Part shown: piece after piece, positions 23,034 through 34,621 of the stretch
Numbering within the stretch: the first letter of the stretch is position 1
Layout: each line of letters begins with the position of its first letter
Source of the DNA: Podospora anserina
Taxonomy: Eukaryota
Reading direction: 5' to 3'
Length of the DNA: 64,000 bases
Assembly (NCBI GenBank): GCA_017654855.1
Contig: CM030334.1
Coordinates: 2,542,001 to 2,606,000, forward strand
The notes under the pieces: model-generated
What the model saw: the letters and a program-made list of their open reading frames with translations, nothing else
The model's database searches: none
What the model was told of the DNA's origin: nothing
Translations under genes and position numbers: made by a program

Positions 23034-26011
23034 GGTGCGATGTTTCTTTCCTGATGGTCTCTTGGTGACGGCGGCGAAAATAAAAGTCTTGGTTTCTGGC
23101 TGGGTTTCATCGGATGGTGTTTTGGGATGGGAGGATTCTACTTGATTGGGTCTCATCGCTCACTCTCGACTCTGCCAAACGACGGCAGATATTTTCGGTT
23201 ACAATGCTTCTCTCTGGATCGAATTCGGTTGTGGGGGCTCGTTTTTCAGTCTTTCGATCTCGCAAATACCCCCAAGGACGGTGCCGCCTTGTCGAGTGCT
23301 AGATTTTAATACCTTGTGGCTTGTTTCCTTTTTCTGTTTATTTCTCACATATCTCAAATTTCTGTCGTTTCAAATACCCCCATATAGATTGAGTGAGGAA
23401 ATTGGGATATTTGGGTTTTTCTGTTTTCAATTGCACACAGCCAGCCAGCTTTGAGCCAGTTTGTGTCACATATCGTCACTTGCTTGCTTTTTTGGCTGTT
23501 GTTGTTTTTCTTGGCAAAGCTCATCATCATCATATCATTTTGGCGTCTCACATGTATTGTCGTCGGATGGGGGGCTTGTTTTTTCCTATGTTAGAATATT
23601 TCAAGAAGGGATGGGGAGAGAAGATGAGAGGGGGACTTTGCTCATATTTTTTGTTGTTTTACACAGACCGCACATATCACGCACCACTGCACACACGCAC
23701 ACACTGTTTTTGAAGGGTGAGTGGGGGGCAGCAGCCGGCTGGCTTTATGGCTGGCTGTTTGGGGAAGTGTTGAATCTTTACACGGTACTATCTTTATTAT
23801 TATTTTTACACACACCTCGACATATAAGTTTACATACCTAACCTTCACAATTTTTTTTACTTGTATGTCATACGAAGCGGTGTACCTGAGGTGTTTCATG
23901 GGGATGAGTTGTGAGTGAGGGAGGGGGGAGGGGGGCTGATGATTGGATTGGTGTGTGGGGATGGGAGTATTGTTTATCACCACTCAGAATCGAAAAATGT
24001 TGCTTTGATATAGCTGTTTTGACTTTGTTGTTGTCGTTGTTGTTGGGGGGTGTTAAGTGTGAGATGAGATGGGGCGTATACCAGGTGGCATTTTGTGCGT
24101 TCATTTATGGAGAACAGGCGTACAAGGTCGCTACGGGGTGGTTTTCTGTTGTATAAAGGGTGATTTTGACAAGAGAGAGGTGAAGTTGTGTGTATCTACG
24201 GATACCCTAGGTATAGGGAGAGCGGCATATGCCATCAATGGATGACGTCCAAGAGGCAAGAGGATCTGCGATAGGGCTATGGTGGAGTGTCACAACCTCC
24301 CTATTCTTTGCGTTTTGGATTTCAAAACCAGCTATTGCTTACATACAGCCAACGGGGTGTCCAGCCGCTGACAGCCAGCAAAAGCTGAACAAACTTGATT
24401 GTTTGTTCTGTTCGGTTTAACCCGCGTTTTTTGTCTTGGATTTAGTCTGAACTTTTTTCTCTGTACTGAGACAATTGAGCGGCGCGGGGGCCTCGGGATA
24501 CCGGGAGTGGCTTGCTTCTTTTGCCTGGTTTTCTTGATCTACTGTTTGGTATCAGGAGATGGATTGGCGATGGGCATTTTTGCCACCCCCTTTTTTGGGC
24601 AACAAACACACGGACGGGCGAGACGGTTCTAGAGGAGGGAGGGAACACCACATCACACGTAAGCTGAACGTATTTGACGGTATGTTTGAGAACGTCAAGT
24701 ACAATTCCCATGACAAGACCCAGTGCGCGGTGGAGAGAGATAAGATCGGATCAAAATTATCAGATTTTGCAAGGTCCTTCTTCAGGAACTCGATCCTGAA
24801 AGCAGCATGGGGAAGTTTGCGAATATGATTTGATGAGATGCTATGGAAGAAAGTGGATTGTATCGGGGATTCCCGTGCAAGGGCCAGGCAATCGGTTATC
24901 AATGAGCAACTTGTTGAAGAAGATCATCATTTTTTTCTTATCTCTCACCGAGTAGGAAGAAATCACGAACCACCACGACGGAGATTAGGGAAGTTGAGCG
25001 GCTTGGCAAATGGATAAGAAATGTTTGCCTGGTTCGAGTACGTCGACAGCGAGATGTTTGCGTAGCGGTCTGAAAAAGCTTTCGTCATCACCAGGCCGCA
25101 TCGGTTGTTGGTTTTCGCATTCGGCTCTTTTCAAAACCTTCCATATTATTTAATCCCCGAAATAATGCTACCAGAGAAAGGCTGTATGTAGCAGTAGCAA
25201 CGCCATCACGTGAAACCCTCCTGTTCCTGATCCCTGTCCCGCACTGGACCTGCCAAAATGGAAACCCCCCCCCCAAAGAAAGAAACGGGCTGGACGGTCC
25301 GTTGGCAGTTCATCCCACCGTTTTGGTGAGGAAGTTGCCCGTTATGGCCGCCAGTCATATACAGTAGTGAACAAGCCACCAACAGCACCACCACCACCAA
25401 CCAGCCTTGCAGCTCGCCAGCGGGTTGCTTGCTCTTGGGCTGAGGGCATCTCTGCTTGGCGCTCCCCCACCCCATTTCTCCCCTTACCCCACCATCCCAG
25501 TCCGTCCAATGCTATCCAGCCTCAGAGAACCACAACGCACGACCGGGCAAGGCAGCAGCATTCGAGACGACAGGAAGCTTTGAAAGGCAGATATATATAT
25601 GAATTGTGGTTATTTTCTTGGCGGTATACGAAGACTCGAGACCTAGTGGGACGGGACCTTGCAGGTTATTTACGTCATTTTCCACGCGGCCACCTTTGGG
25701 AGGGGACTTGGCTAGGGAGCCAAGGGGGAGTGGTGATCTTTGACTTTTGGTGTTGAGGGGTTCATCGGAAGGCAGACGTACTTTGGGTGTTCAATAATTG
25801 GAAAGGAAAGATTGCTTCGACAAGATTGAAAGTCGCTTCTCGTTCAGAAAGGGATTCAGAGACTGGAAAGTTTTATCGGGTTTGGGGGTATCAACGTTGT
25901 GGATACGGGCGTTCAGGATACGGGATTTGGCAGAGGTTGAAGGGGTGGACCGTCTCTCTTATTGTTTTCACTTGTATCACCACCACATCATCAGTCGATG
26001 CCGCCGTCACC

Positions 26012-28214
26012 ATGAATATCCCTCTCCCCATCCACTCATCACCGAGTCTGCGGAATCGGGAAAGCAGAGACTATCACATCAAAAACAACACCTCCATCAG
26101 CAGCAATACCAGCACTCAAAGAACACCGCCACCGGCGGCCGAGGCTATCAATGGCCCGGTTAGGGAGGCGGCCAGAGGGTCAGCGGTTATCAACGACAGG
26201 TTAATCGTTGGTGTCGACTTTGGAACTACATTCTCAGGGTAAGCTTCACCCCATCCCACCAAATCTCATCATATACATATCACTAACATTGCACACAGAG
26301 TAGCAGCAGTCTACACCGGCACCCCCGACGACATAGAAATCATCAAAACCTGGCCGGGCGGCAACGGCATCACCTCGGACAAGGTGCCCACCGAACTATC
26401 CTACGACCTCCCTCCCAACTCACCCCCAGGCACCGCCCCAACGATAAAATGGGGGTTCCAGTTCAAACCAGAAGAGTCCCGCCTCCGGTGCATCAAGCTC
26501 TTTCTCGACCGCTCCCAGAAATTACCATACTATGTCTCACCCCTCGAAACCGCCGCCCAGCTTAAGAAGTTCAAGAAGACGGTCGCCGACGCCGTGAGTG
26601 ATTACCTAACGCAGATATACAAACACACAATGGACACCCTCACACGAAGATACGGCGAGACGTTTATGGCCTCGACAAAGGTCAGTTTTGTTCTCACCTG
26701 CCCGGCGGTCTGGTCAGATGCTGCGAAGAACACTACTTTGCAGGCGGCGGAGAGGGCCGGGATGGGGGCGGGGGGGCAGATTCAGATTATCAGTGAGCCC
26801 GAGGCGGCGGCCGTGTATACTTTGAAGGCGATACAGCCTAATCACTTGAAGGTTGGGGATAATTTTATTGTTTGTGACGGTGGTGGCGGGACGGTCGAGT
26901 GAGTTCTTGCTACTTTTGCAGTTACCCCTGAGCCCGGGAAAAGGGGCAACGAAGCTGACAAAACACCCCAGCCTCATCGCCTACAAAATCGTCTCTCTGA
27001 ATCCCATCAAAGTAGAAGAATCAGCCGTTGGAACCGGCGGGTTGTGCGGTAGCGCCTTTCTCAACTACCGGTTCGAAGAGCATGTCAAATCCAGACTCGG
27101 ACAGAGCAGATTCGATGACATGAAGGCGAAAAAGGGCAAGACATGGCAGATGGGACTGCGGTATTTCGAGGAGTTTGTCAAGAGGAATTTCAACGAGGAC
27201 GAACATCAGGAGGTCAATGTGCCGTACGTACCCCTTTCCCCCCTCTCCCCTCACCCTCATGGAGACCTAACCAACAACCCCCTTTAGGTTTCCCGGCCTT
27301 CCCGACGACGAAGAAGCCGGCCTCGACTCGGGCTTCCTCGTAATGACAGCCGACCAAATCAAAGAAATCTTCGACCCCGTCGTCAAAGAAGTCTGCGAAC
27401 TCGTCCAAGGTCAAGTCGACAACCTCCGCGCGTTGGGGGGGATCGTCTCGGGCATCATCCTCGTCGGTGGCTTCGGACAAAGCGATTACCTCTACCGCAA
27501 GCTCAAGACTCACTTCACCAGCGCCGCCCCCCCTCCCTATAGTGAGAGACCCTCCCAGGCCAACATCGACATGCGAGAGCGGCCCTCGGTGGAGGTGATG
27601 CAGCCGGTATACGCCTGGACGGCCGTCGTCCGCGGCGCGGTTTTGCGCGGCTTGGAAGGTAACATGGTCATATCCCGAAAGGCGAGAATGCATTATGGCA
27701 CGTCGTATGCGACTGTGTACGACGAGGAGAAGCACTCTGTGGCGGAGAGGTACTGGTCGCCGCTGTGGGAGAGGTGGATGGTCAGTGACAGGATGCAATG
27801 GCATATTGCAAAGGTTAGTCTCCCACCCTCTCGTCCCTGTATTCTAGTTCCAACATACCAACAAAAGAGAAAAAAAAACAGGGAGAAGCGCTATCGCCCA
27901 TGCAACCCATCGCCTTCCACTACACCCGCAACTTCCGCCCGGGGCAGTCGTTGGTCGTCACCGACGACCTCATCGCCTGCCAGGCTGATGAGCCGCCCAA
28001 GGCTTTTACTCGGGATCTGGTGCACGTCTGCACGCTGACCACGGACCTTGGCGCGGTGCCCAGGCATCTGTTCACCAGACTGACAACCACACGCGGTGTT
28101 GAGTTCGACAATCTGGATTTTACCCTCGAGATGATCGTCGACAGTGCGGGGCTGGGATTCGAGCTTAAGGTTGACGGGGTGAGGTATGGGAGGGTAGATG
28201 CCGAGTTTCACTAG
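26012..28214 (+). CDS. Atypical Hsp70-family (HSPA12-like, actin-like ATPase) protein, 5 exons (about 26012-26238, 26299-26898, 26972-27223, 27288-27813, 27882-28214)
   Basis: VGVDFGTTFSG, LTCPAVWSD, ISEPEAAAVY, VCDGGGGTVDL, ILVGGFGQS and WTAVVRGAV. The start codon is the best guess. Confidence 0.9.
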
Positions 28215-28878
28215 TTGGTCAGTTCTCTTGATGTTACTGGGGAGTAGGGAAACAAGGCGTCTGCGGTCAGGTTGTTGGTTTTTCGATACGGAGTTGGTTG
28301 CCCTTGCTTGAACCTGGACGAGGAGAGGGAAGAGATCATATATATATCGCACAGAACAGTCCTGGAACACAAAGTATGAATGAACCAGGGGATGATGTAC
28401 TTGAACTGGTCTAGACAGGGAGTAACTGACCAATTTGCCCATGCTCTCTTGCATGTAGTATCCAGCCCCAGCCACCCTCCTCATGAAACTGCCTTGGAAC
28501 AGAAGACTCGACATCCGTTCTGCCACGTATATGACTGCTCAATGGCAAAAGAATCACTCATTAACCATGCTATCTTGGTATTCTTTTCCTTTTGCCTTTT
28601 CTCCTTTTTTTATTTTGTGCCCGTGTCATGTCATCATAATTCATCCAAATGCCCCTTAAGACGACAGGTTCGATGCCAAACCCTATCTCACAAAGCCCTG
28701 GAAAATCTCCATAAAATTGAAACAGAAGACATTCGCTGTTAATAAAAGAGACAGGAAAAGCCACAAAATTTAGCTCGACATAAGCGAGCGAGCTGGGAAC
28801 GAAGTGGTGAAACCAATGGGTAAGAATTGTGTAGTGATTGGGAAACCCATAACTGGCTCCAAGTAGAGGCAGCACTGT

Positions 28879-29759
28879 CTATCGGCGACGTTTCTCACCG
28901 ATATTGTGAGCTTGCTGTCTAGGGTGATCAGGTCGGTTGGCAAACCGTGAACCTGACGTTGCCACTTTATTGCTGGAAGAATGCTGAGGGAGATCGTCAT
29001 ACCCACAAAGGAGACGCATAAAATGGAGACGGGCACCTGGTATGCTCTACTCGGGAAGGATGTCATGGTCAGAAAATGAGCATGAGAAACCCGTAGGAAA
29101 GAAAAGACGAACATCACCCGTACTCTGAGCATACATCATCAGCAGCTCAGGATTATCCAGAAAGGCAATCGCCTTTTGACGAAGCTCTCTGCCCGCGTAA
29201 TCCTCCTTCTCAGGTCTGTAAATCACACCCCAGCAATGTCAGTTATTCCACTTTCCCCATCTCACAACAAGTATGAAAAGCAAGAAAAGTCTCACCTCCC
29301 TCCACCACCACCACCACCCCCCAACCTCAACTTCGACGTCCCAACCCCACCCTCCCGATCACTCAAGTCACTCCCCTCAGACCCATCCCCCGAATTATAG
29401 GGGTCCTTCCCCCTCGCCTGACGATCGCGCATGACAGAAGTGAAAGTGTCGCCGTCGTCCTCGTCGTCGTTTGATAATGACGACGATGAAAGTGATCCCG
29501 AGCTGGTCGTCGCCGTCGTGTTCATATAAGCTGAACTGAACTTCCTGTTGTTGAAGCTCTTATTGTGGAAATGTGCAAACGAAGATGAAGATGGACCTCC
29601 ACCACCGCCGCCGCCACCGAAGTTGTGGTTGTGGTTGTGGTTGTGGTTGTGGTTGTGATTGTGGTTGTGGCTGTGGTTGTGGTGGTTGTTGCCCCCACCA
29701 CCACTTCCTCCTCCTCCTACTCCACCACCGGATGGGCCTCCTCCAGGTGACAGGGACAT
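28879..29759 (-). CDS. Hypothetical protein with Gly/His-Asn low-complexity N-terminus and a conserved-looking C-terminal block, 3 exons (29759-29296, 29215-29113, 29046-28879)
   Basis: Two GT-AG introns give an open frame: MSLSPGG...RDRQARGKDPY...RPEKEDYAGRELRQKAIAFLDNPELLMMYAQSTGD / SIPGARLHFMRLLCGYDDLP...GEKRRR*. Confidence 0.8.
29622..29684. repeat. Coding (GTTGTG)n hexamer repeat encoding (His-Asn)n
   Basis: gttgtggttgtggttgtgg..., which reads HNHSHNHNHNHNHNHNHNHN on the minus strand. Confidence 0.9.
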
Positions 29760-30994
29760 GGCTGTTGCTCTCGAGTCTCTGTGTGAGTGAGGTGCAAGTT
29801 GCTTTGAATGAATGGATGAAAAAAAGAAAAAAAAAAGATCGATAAAAGAACTGCTCCTTCTGAAAATATCAGACGACTCTGGCTTTTGGTGTTACTCCCA
29901 ACTAATGATAAATGTTTCAAAAAGAAAGAATCGCTCAAGTCCAATAAGGTAGGCAAGTTGAACAAGTGAAGTCGTGCAAGCACCACCCAGCTACCTCCAA
30001 AGGACCGGGAATGTGGGGCTAACTTAAAGCCGTACCACAGCGCCTACCTCTACGTTCTCCTTCCCTCTCTGCCACTCAAAATGTTTGCTCTTTCCCTCCT
30101 CTCCTACTAGCCAGCAGGTTGCTTGCCTCACTATGAACGCAAGAAAGAAACTGCACCTCCTCCCACTCCCATCAACTGCATTGCAGATGCACGTCTCCGT
30201 CTTGGGGCAAACATTCACGCAATGGATGGGACGGAAAATGCTCTTTTGCTTTCCTACTTGTAGCCTTGGCACATACACATAGACAGTTGCTTCTTTCCAA
30301 ACCCGACCTAACCAAACCAGTTTGGCCGGCTTCGAGTGACTCCATCAAAAGTGTCCCGAGTCCTGGTAAGACACGCAGCAAGAGAAAAACAGTATCGGGT
30401 ACGGCTCCATTGTTCTCTTCTCCTTTGTTCTCTGTTGGTTCTTGTCCTACGAAAGGAAAGGCCAAAAGGCGAGTGCCGGGACGCATGGAGCTGAATCGGC
30501 AGCTACCCGATGGCTTGCCCCGCCCCCGCATATCGATACCTACATCATAAGCACCTTTTTCCCACAGGGTCACGCAAATTATGGCTATGGATTATGTTGT
30601 GCTATTACCGTAAACTTCTTGGCGACGATTGCATACCGCCAAAAAGATCACCTTGTCTGCCATAGTTATGCCATGTGGCTGGCCCAGCCGTTCACCGCTC
30701 TACCACCCAGTATCGAGCAAACACACCAGATGATAGCCTCATCGTCTTGCCGGTTTCCATCCATCCATCCCTTGGTATTGCTGCCCGGTTTGATCTTGCT
30801 TTTTCCTGTCCGTTTGCCTCTCCCTGCATTTCTTCACCACTTTCTTCCCCTTGTCCAGCTGAAGCCATCCCAACATCAGGAACTAGAAACCGTCTCGAAA
30901 AAAATAGACAAAGGTAGAACCGGTCCCAGAATAAACCTTGAGACTTAACAACCTCTCCATACCAAACCCTCCTTACCAACTGCCTCTCTCCTCC

Positions 30995-31489
30995 TCAAGT
31001 AAAAATCCCCTCCCCCACAACCCCCAAAACCTTCCCCCCCACCGCCGTCACCAAAAAGTAACAAACCCTCACCCCCCTCTCATCCCCCCCAACCTCATAA
31101 ACCCTCACATCCCCCCCCTTCCCAACCTCCCTAACCGCCTCCAAAACCTCATTATTCCCCCCCTCCGGATCCCAATCCACCGGATCTTTGATCTCCACCT
31201 TTGCCCCCTTGGGATCAGTATGCCCAATCATCCTCGCAAACTCCTCCTCATCCGGCAAGCCCCCATCACCCTCCAACCTCAACGCCACAACCTCACACGG
31301 GCTTTCCGCCTCCGACGACGCAGCCGTAAAAACCCTTCCTTCAACCGCCTGTTTCAGCTTCTCCGGAACCTCCACACCGGGGTCGACAAGTTTAAAGTGC
31401 TGTTTATCACTAATACTCGCGGCTTGGGTGGTAGTAGACGAAGAAGCGTTGGCCTTGTTCAAAAAGGCGAGGTAATCCTCGTCCGACAT
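30995..31489 (-). CDS. Conserved-looking acidic fungal hypothetical protein (164 aa from MSDEDYLAFLNKAN); may start upstream at 31801
   Basis: Strong start context GCCGTCAAGATG. Globular-looking sequence ending DVRVYEVGGDERGVRVCYFLV...GIFT*. Confidence 0.8.
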   Translation of the reverse strand: MSDEDYLAFLNKANASSSTTTQAASISDKQHFKLVDPGVEVPEKLKQAVEGRVFTAASSEAESPCEVVALRLEGDGGLPDEEEFARMIGHTDPKGAKVEIKDPVDWDPEGGNNEVLEAVREVGKGGDVRVYEVGGDERGVRVCYFLVTAVGGKVLGVVGEGIFT

Positions 31490-32225
31490 CTTGACGGCGG
31501 CAGTGCGGGAGAAGAATCGCTTCTGTCGGGGAAATCTTGACGCGCAGGAGGTAGATCGTAGTGTTTGTAGAAATGGAGCTGCGGTAGGTGTAGTGGCTAG
31601 AGCTAGGCAGGTAGCAGAGTGGTACGATCGAGCTGGTGGGAATCGTGGACAAGAAACACAAAGCTTTGTGTTCGAGTACGTCGAAGCGTTCTTGGTATGA
31701 GTCAAAAGGAAAGAAGAAAATGAAATCTGAAAGAGGGAGGGAGCCCTGTGGGACAAAATAACTCGACTAATTCCGTTGAAAAGGGGCGCAATCATGGTCA
31801 TGAGCAGCAAACCAAAGCCGGCAGTTCTCGAGTTGGGCAAAGGCCGATGATGTAACCGCAGTTTTCTTGCTGGGAAGCTGTGACCAGTGAGCTGACGCGG
31901 GGCATCCCCAGCCAGAGGCAGTGTCAAGGACCCACTTTGATGCCATGGGGTGTGACCACTGACCAGAAGATTGGAGGGGGCAAATTTCACATCGACCACT
32001 CGGCATACTCTAGATAGGCTGAACAAAAAGGGTATATTGATAGTAAAAAACACATCGACACATCACAAACAGTCAATGGCAATTGGTTCATTTTCCCATT
32101 CCTCTCCTGCAGCTCTAAACTAAGCTGATAATGCTAGGTAGAATCCCGTTATCCCGACCCAAAGCTGTGAAAACCGTGACACCATTGCCATTGAATGAAC
32201 GATAAAATCAGAAACCGGACGCCGC

Positions 32226-33848
32226 TCATGAGCTGGCGGCCAAGTCCTTCTTGAGAGTACCCTGGTACTGCTTCTTCTCCGCAGGGGTCTGGAAAGCACC
32301 GTGACCGAACTCGGAGGAGGTATCGATCCATTTGAGCTCGACCTTCTCGAGGGCCTTGCGGGAGGTGTGGATGAACATGGACTTGCGGAGGGTCATGATG
32401 CGCTTCTTGGTACCGGGGACGGAACCCTTGACCATGACGAAGTCGTTCTTGATCTCGCCGTAGCGGACGAAGCCACCCATGCTGCAATCTGTTAGTCTTG
32501 AGCTCTTCAAATTTCACCAAAAAGGGGTCAACATACGGAGTGATGGTCTTCTTGGTGACATCGATCTCAGTGGCGGCGTTGTCATCAGCATCACCCTTGC
32601 CGATGCGGTAAACCTTGTGGTTGACCGAGGTACGGTGGTGGTAACCCATCTGACCGGCACGGGCAACAGTCCACTGGACGTGGGAAGGATGCCAGGCACC
32701 GATACAGGCGACCTTGCGGAGACCCTTGTGAGTCTTGCGGGGAAGCTTCTTGGTGCCCCATCTGGCGGTGACACCGCTGAAACCGTGACCCTTGGTGACG
32801 GCGATAACGTCAATCATCTCGTCCTTCTCGAAGATGGTGTCGATGGAGACGGGCTTCTCGAAGAGGCCGTGGCCGAACTCGACCTTGTCGGCGACGGAGC
32901 CACCGTTGATCTGGATCTCCATGAGGTGGGCCTTCTTCTGCTTGAGGGGGGTCTTGCGGATCTGGGTGTGGGCAAGAACGCGGACGACGGTGCAGTACTT
33001 CTTGATGCGCTCGAGCTCGCGGGTGATGGAGGCACCGCTGTTCTCGGAGTGCTTCTTGGCGTACTTGGTGAAAGCCTTCTTCTTGGACTTGTACCAGTTC
33101 TTGTAGAAGCGGCGCTTGACCTCATCGGACAAGTGCTCGGCCCAGACGGTGGTGAGGGAGCGGAGACCGCGGGGAGTCTCGATGTACTATTTCGTGTGTT
33201 AATTCGGCCGTCTCTTCTTCTTCCTCAGCTGGACAGTAATGACTTACACCAACCAGACCCACAACAATCATCTGTAAAAGATGTTAGCCATTGACATAAA
33301 TAGAGCCAAGCGGGCTGTGTTGCGCGTACAGGAGGAGTATCAATGATTGTCACAGCTTCCACCACTTCCTTCTTGTTGGCCTTGGCACCGGGACGGTCCA
33401 TGTCGCGGACGATGGTGGTCATGCCGGCCTTGTAGCCCATCGCGGCCGTCAGGTGGACGGGCTTCTTGGCGTCGTCCTTGGGGAAGCTGTCATGGTGCAC
33501 AACAGTTAGCCTCCATCTCTTCGGCCGAGGCTGGTGTCTGAGGGGAGAAAGGTTTTCATATTCCACTTACGACTTGACCTTTCCTCTATGGCGGGCAGCG
33601 CGCTTGCGCGGCAGGTAGGCCAAAGAGCCATGGCGAGGGGCCTCGTACTCTGTTCGATGTTGTCAGTCCTCTGTCGCCGTTTGCAAACTTCTCGCCCAGT
33701 CCCGATGCCACAATCGCAGTGCACCAGATCTCCAGAGATGTTGTCGCAGAATTCGCCCATCGTGAAGCCCCGGCCACATCGAAATTGGGATCGAGACTGG
33801 GGGGATTCGAGGTTCGAAGAGAGGGCGCTACTCACTGCGGTGAGACAT
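32226..33848 (-). CDS. RPL3: 60S ribosomal protein L3 (uL3), 6 exons (33848-33836, 33649-33571, 33486-33330, 33271-33248, 33186-32537, 32481-32226)
   Basis: [58 protein letters not shown] and [16 protein letters not shown], with strong codon bias. Confidence 0.98.
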
Positions 33849-34000
33849 GGTTTGCTGATGTCCTCGGTTTTACCGTGATGTGAAATGGAAAAATCCCCCA
33901 GGTCCGAACCACAAGAGCAGAAAAGTCGTCCTGAAATTTGGAGGTAGGTTGAATTTTTGTGTGGAAAATGGAGCTGGGCGCTCGGGCCAATTGCAGCGGA

Positions 34001-34185
34001 GCCCTAACTGGCTCAGCCCACTGAGAACTGCTCCTGTTCTCAATCGCGCCCCACTCTGTGATGCCCCCAGCAAGGCCTTTCGCTGCACGACTGCTCCGAG
34101 TGCTGGTCACGTGACCGCCATGCCTTGCTCATACGCCATACCAAACTTTGGCTTTTCTCAAATATCAAGCTAAAAGACAGTCACA
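34001..34185 (-). promoter_or_regulatory. Ribosomal-protein promoter motif cluster upstream of RPL3
   Basis: GCCCTAA (34001-34007), GGCTCAGCC (34010-34018, Dde-box-like), palindrome GGTCACGTGACC (34105-34116) and Homol-D box CAGTCACA (34178-34185). Confidence 0.6.
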
Positions 34186-34621
34186 AGCTGCCCGAGAAAC
34201 TCTTTCAAACAAGGAAAATGTTGTGGATAGCAACTAAACTACTGCGGCTATGCCTATGCCTGATCGCCCTGTGAAGCAACGCTTCGAAAGAAGAGTCCAT
34301 ACATGACAAAACACCAAACCCAACGAACTACTACCCCGAAGATGTTGTCCCGCCAAATAAAGCTTTTGAAGCTCTCCATTCCTATCCGATTCCACATGTA
34401 CATTCCCAGTTGCGACAATGGCACAGGACCCTGCCTCCCCTGCACTCCATGCCCCGAACTTACACTACGAAAACACGAAACCAACCGCTCCCTCGCCTAA
34501 CACACGAAAGGAAACAAGCCAAATATGCGTGAGCAAACACTGGTATAAGACGCACAAAACAGAGCGCCCTCGGTGACAAAGAAAATCAAGTCGTGACTAG
34601 AAAACGGCCAATCGGTTCGTC

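Noticed and set aside
31845..31900. Possible box C/D snoRNA (ATGATG...CTGA)
   Set aside because: Imperfect C box, only about 50 nt long, weak terminal stem and no identifiable rRNA guide.
32479..33294. 271-aa plus-strand ORF
   Set aside because: Antisense shadow of the strongly codon-biased RPL3 exons.
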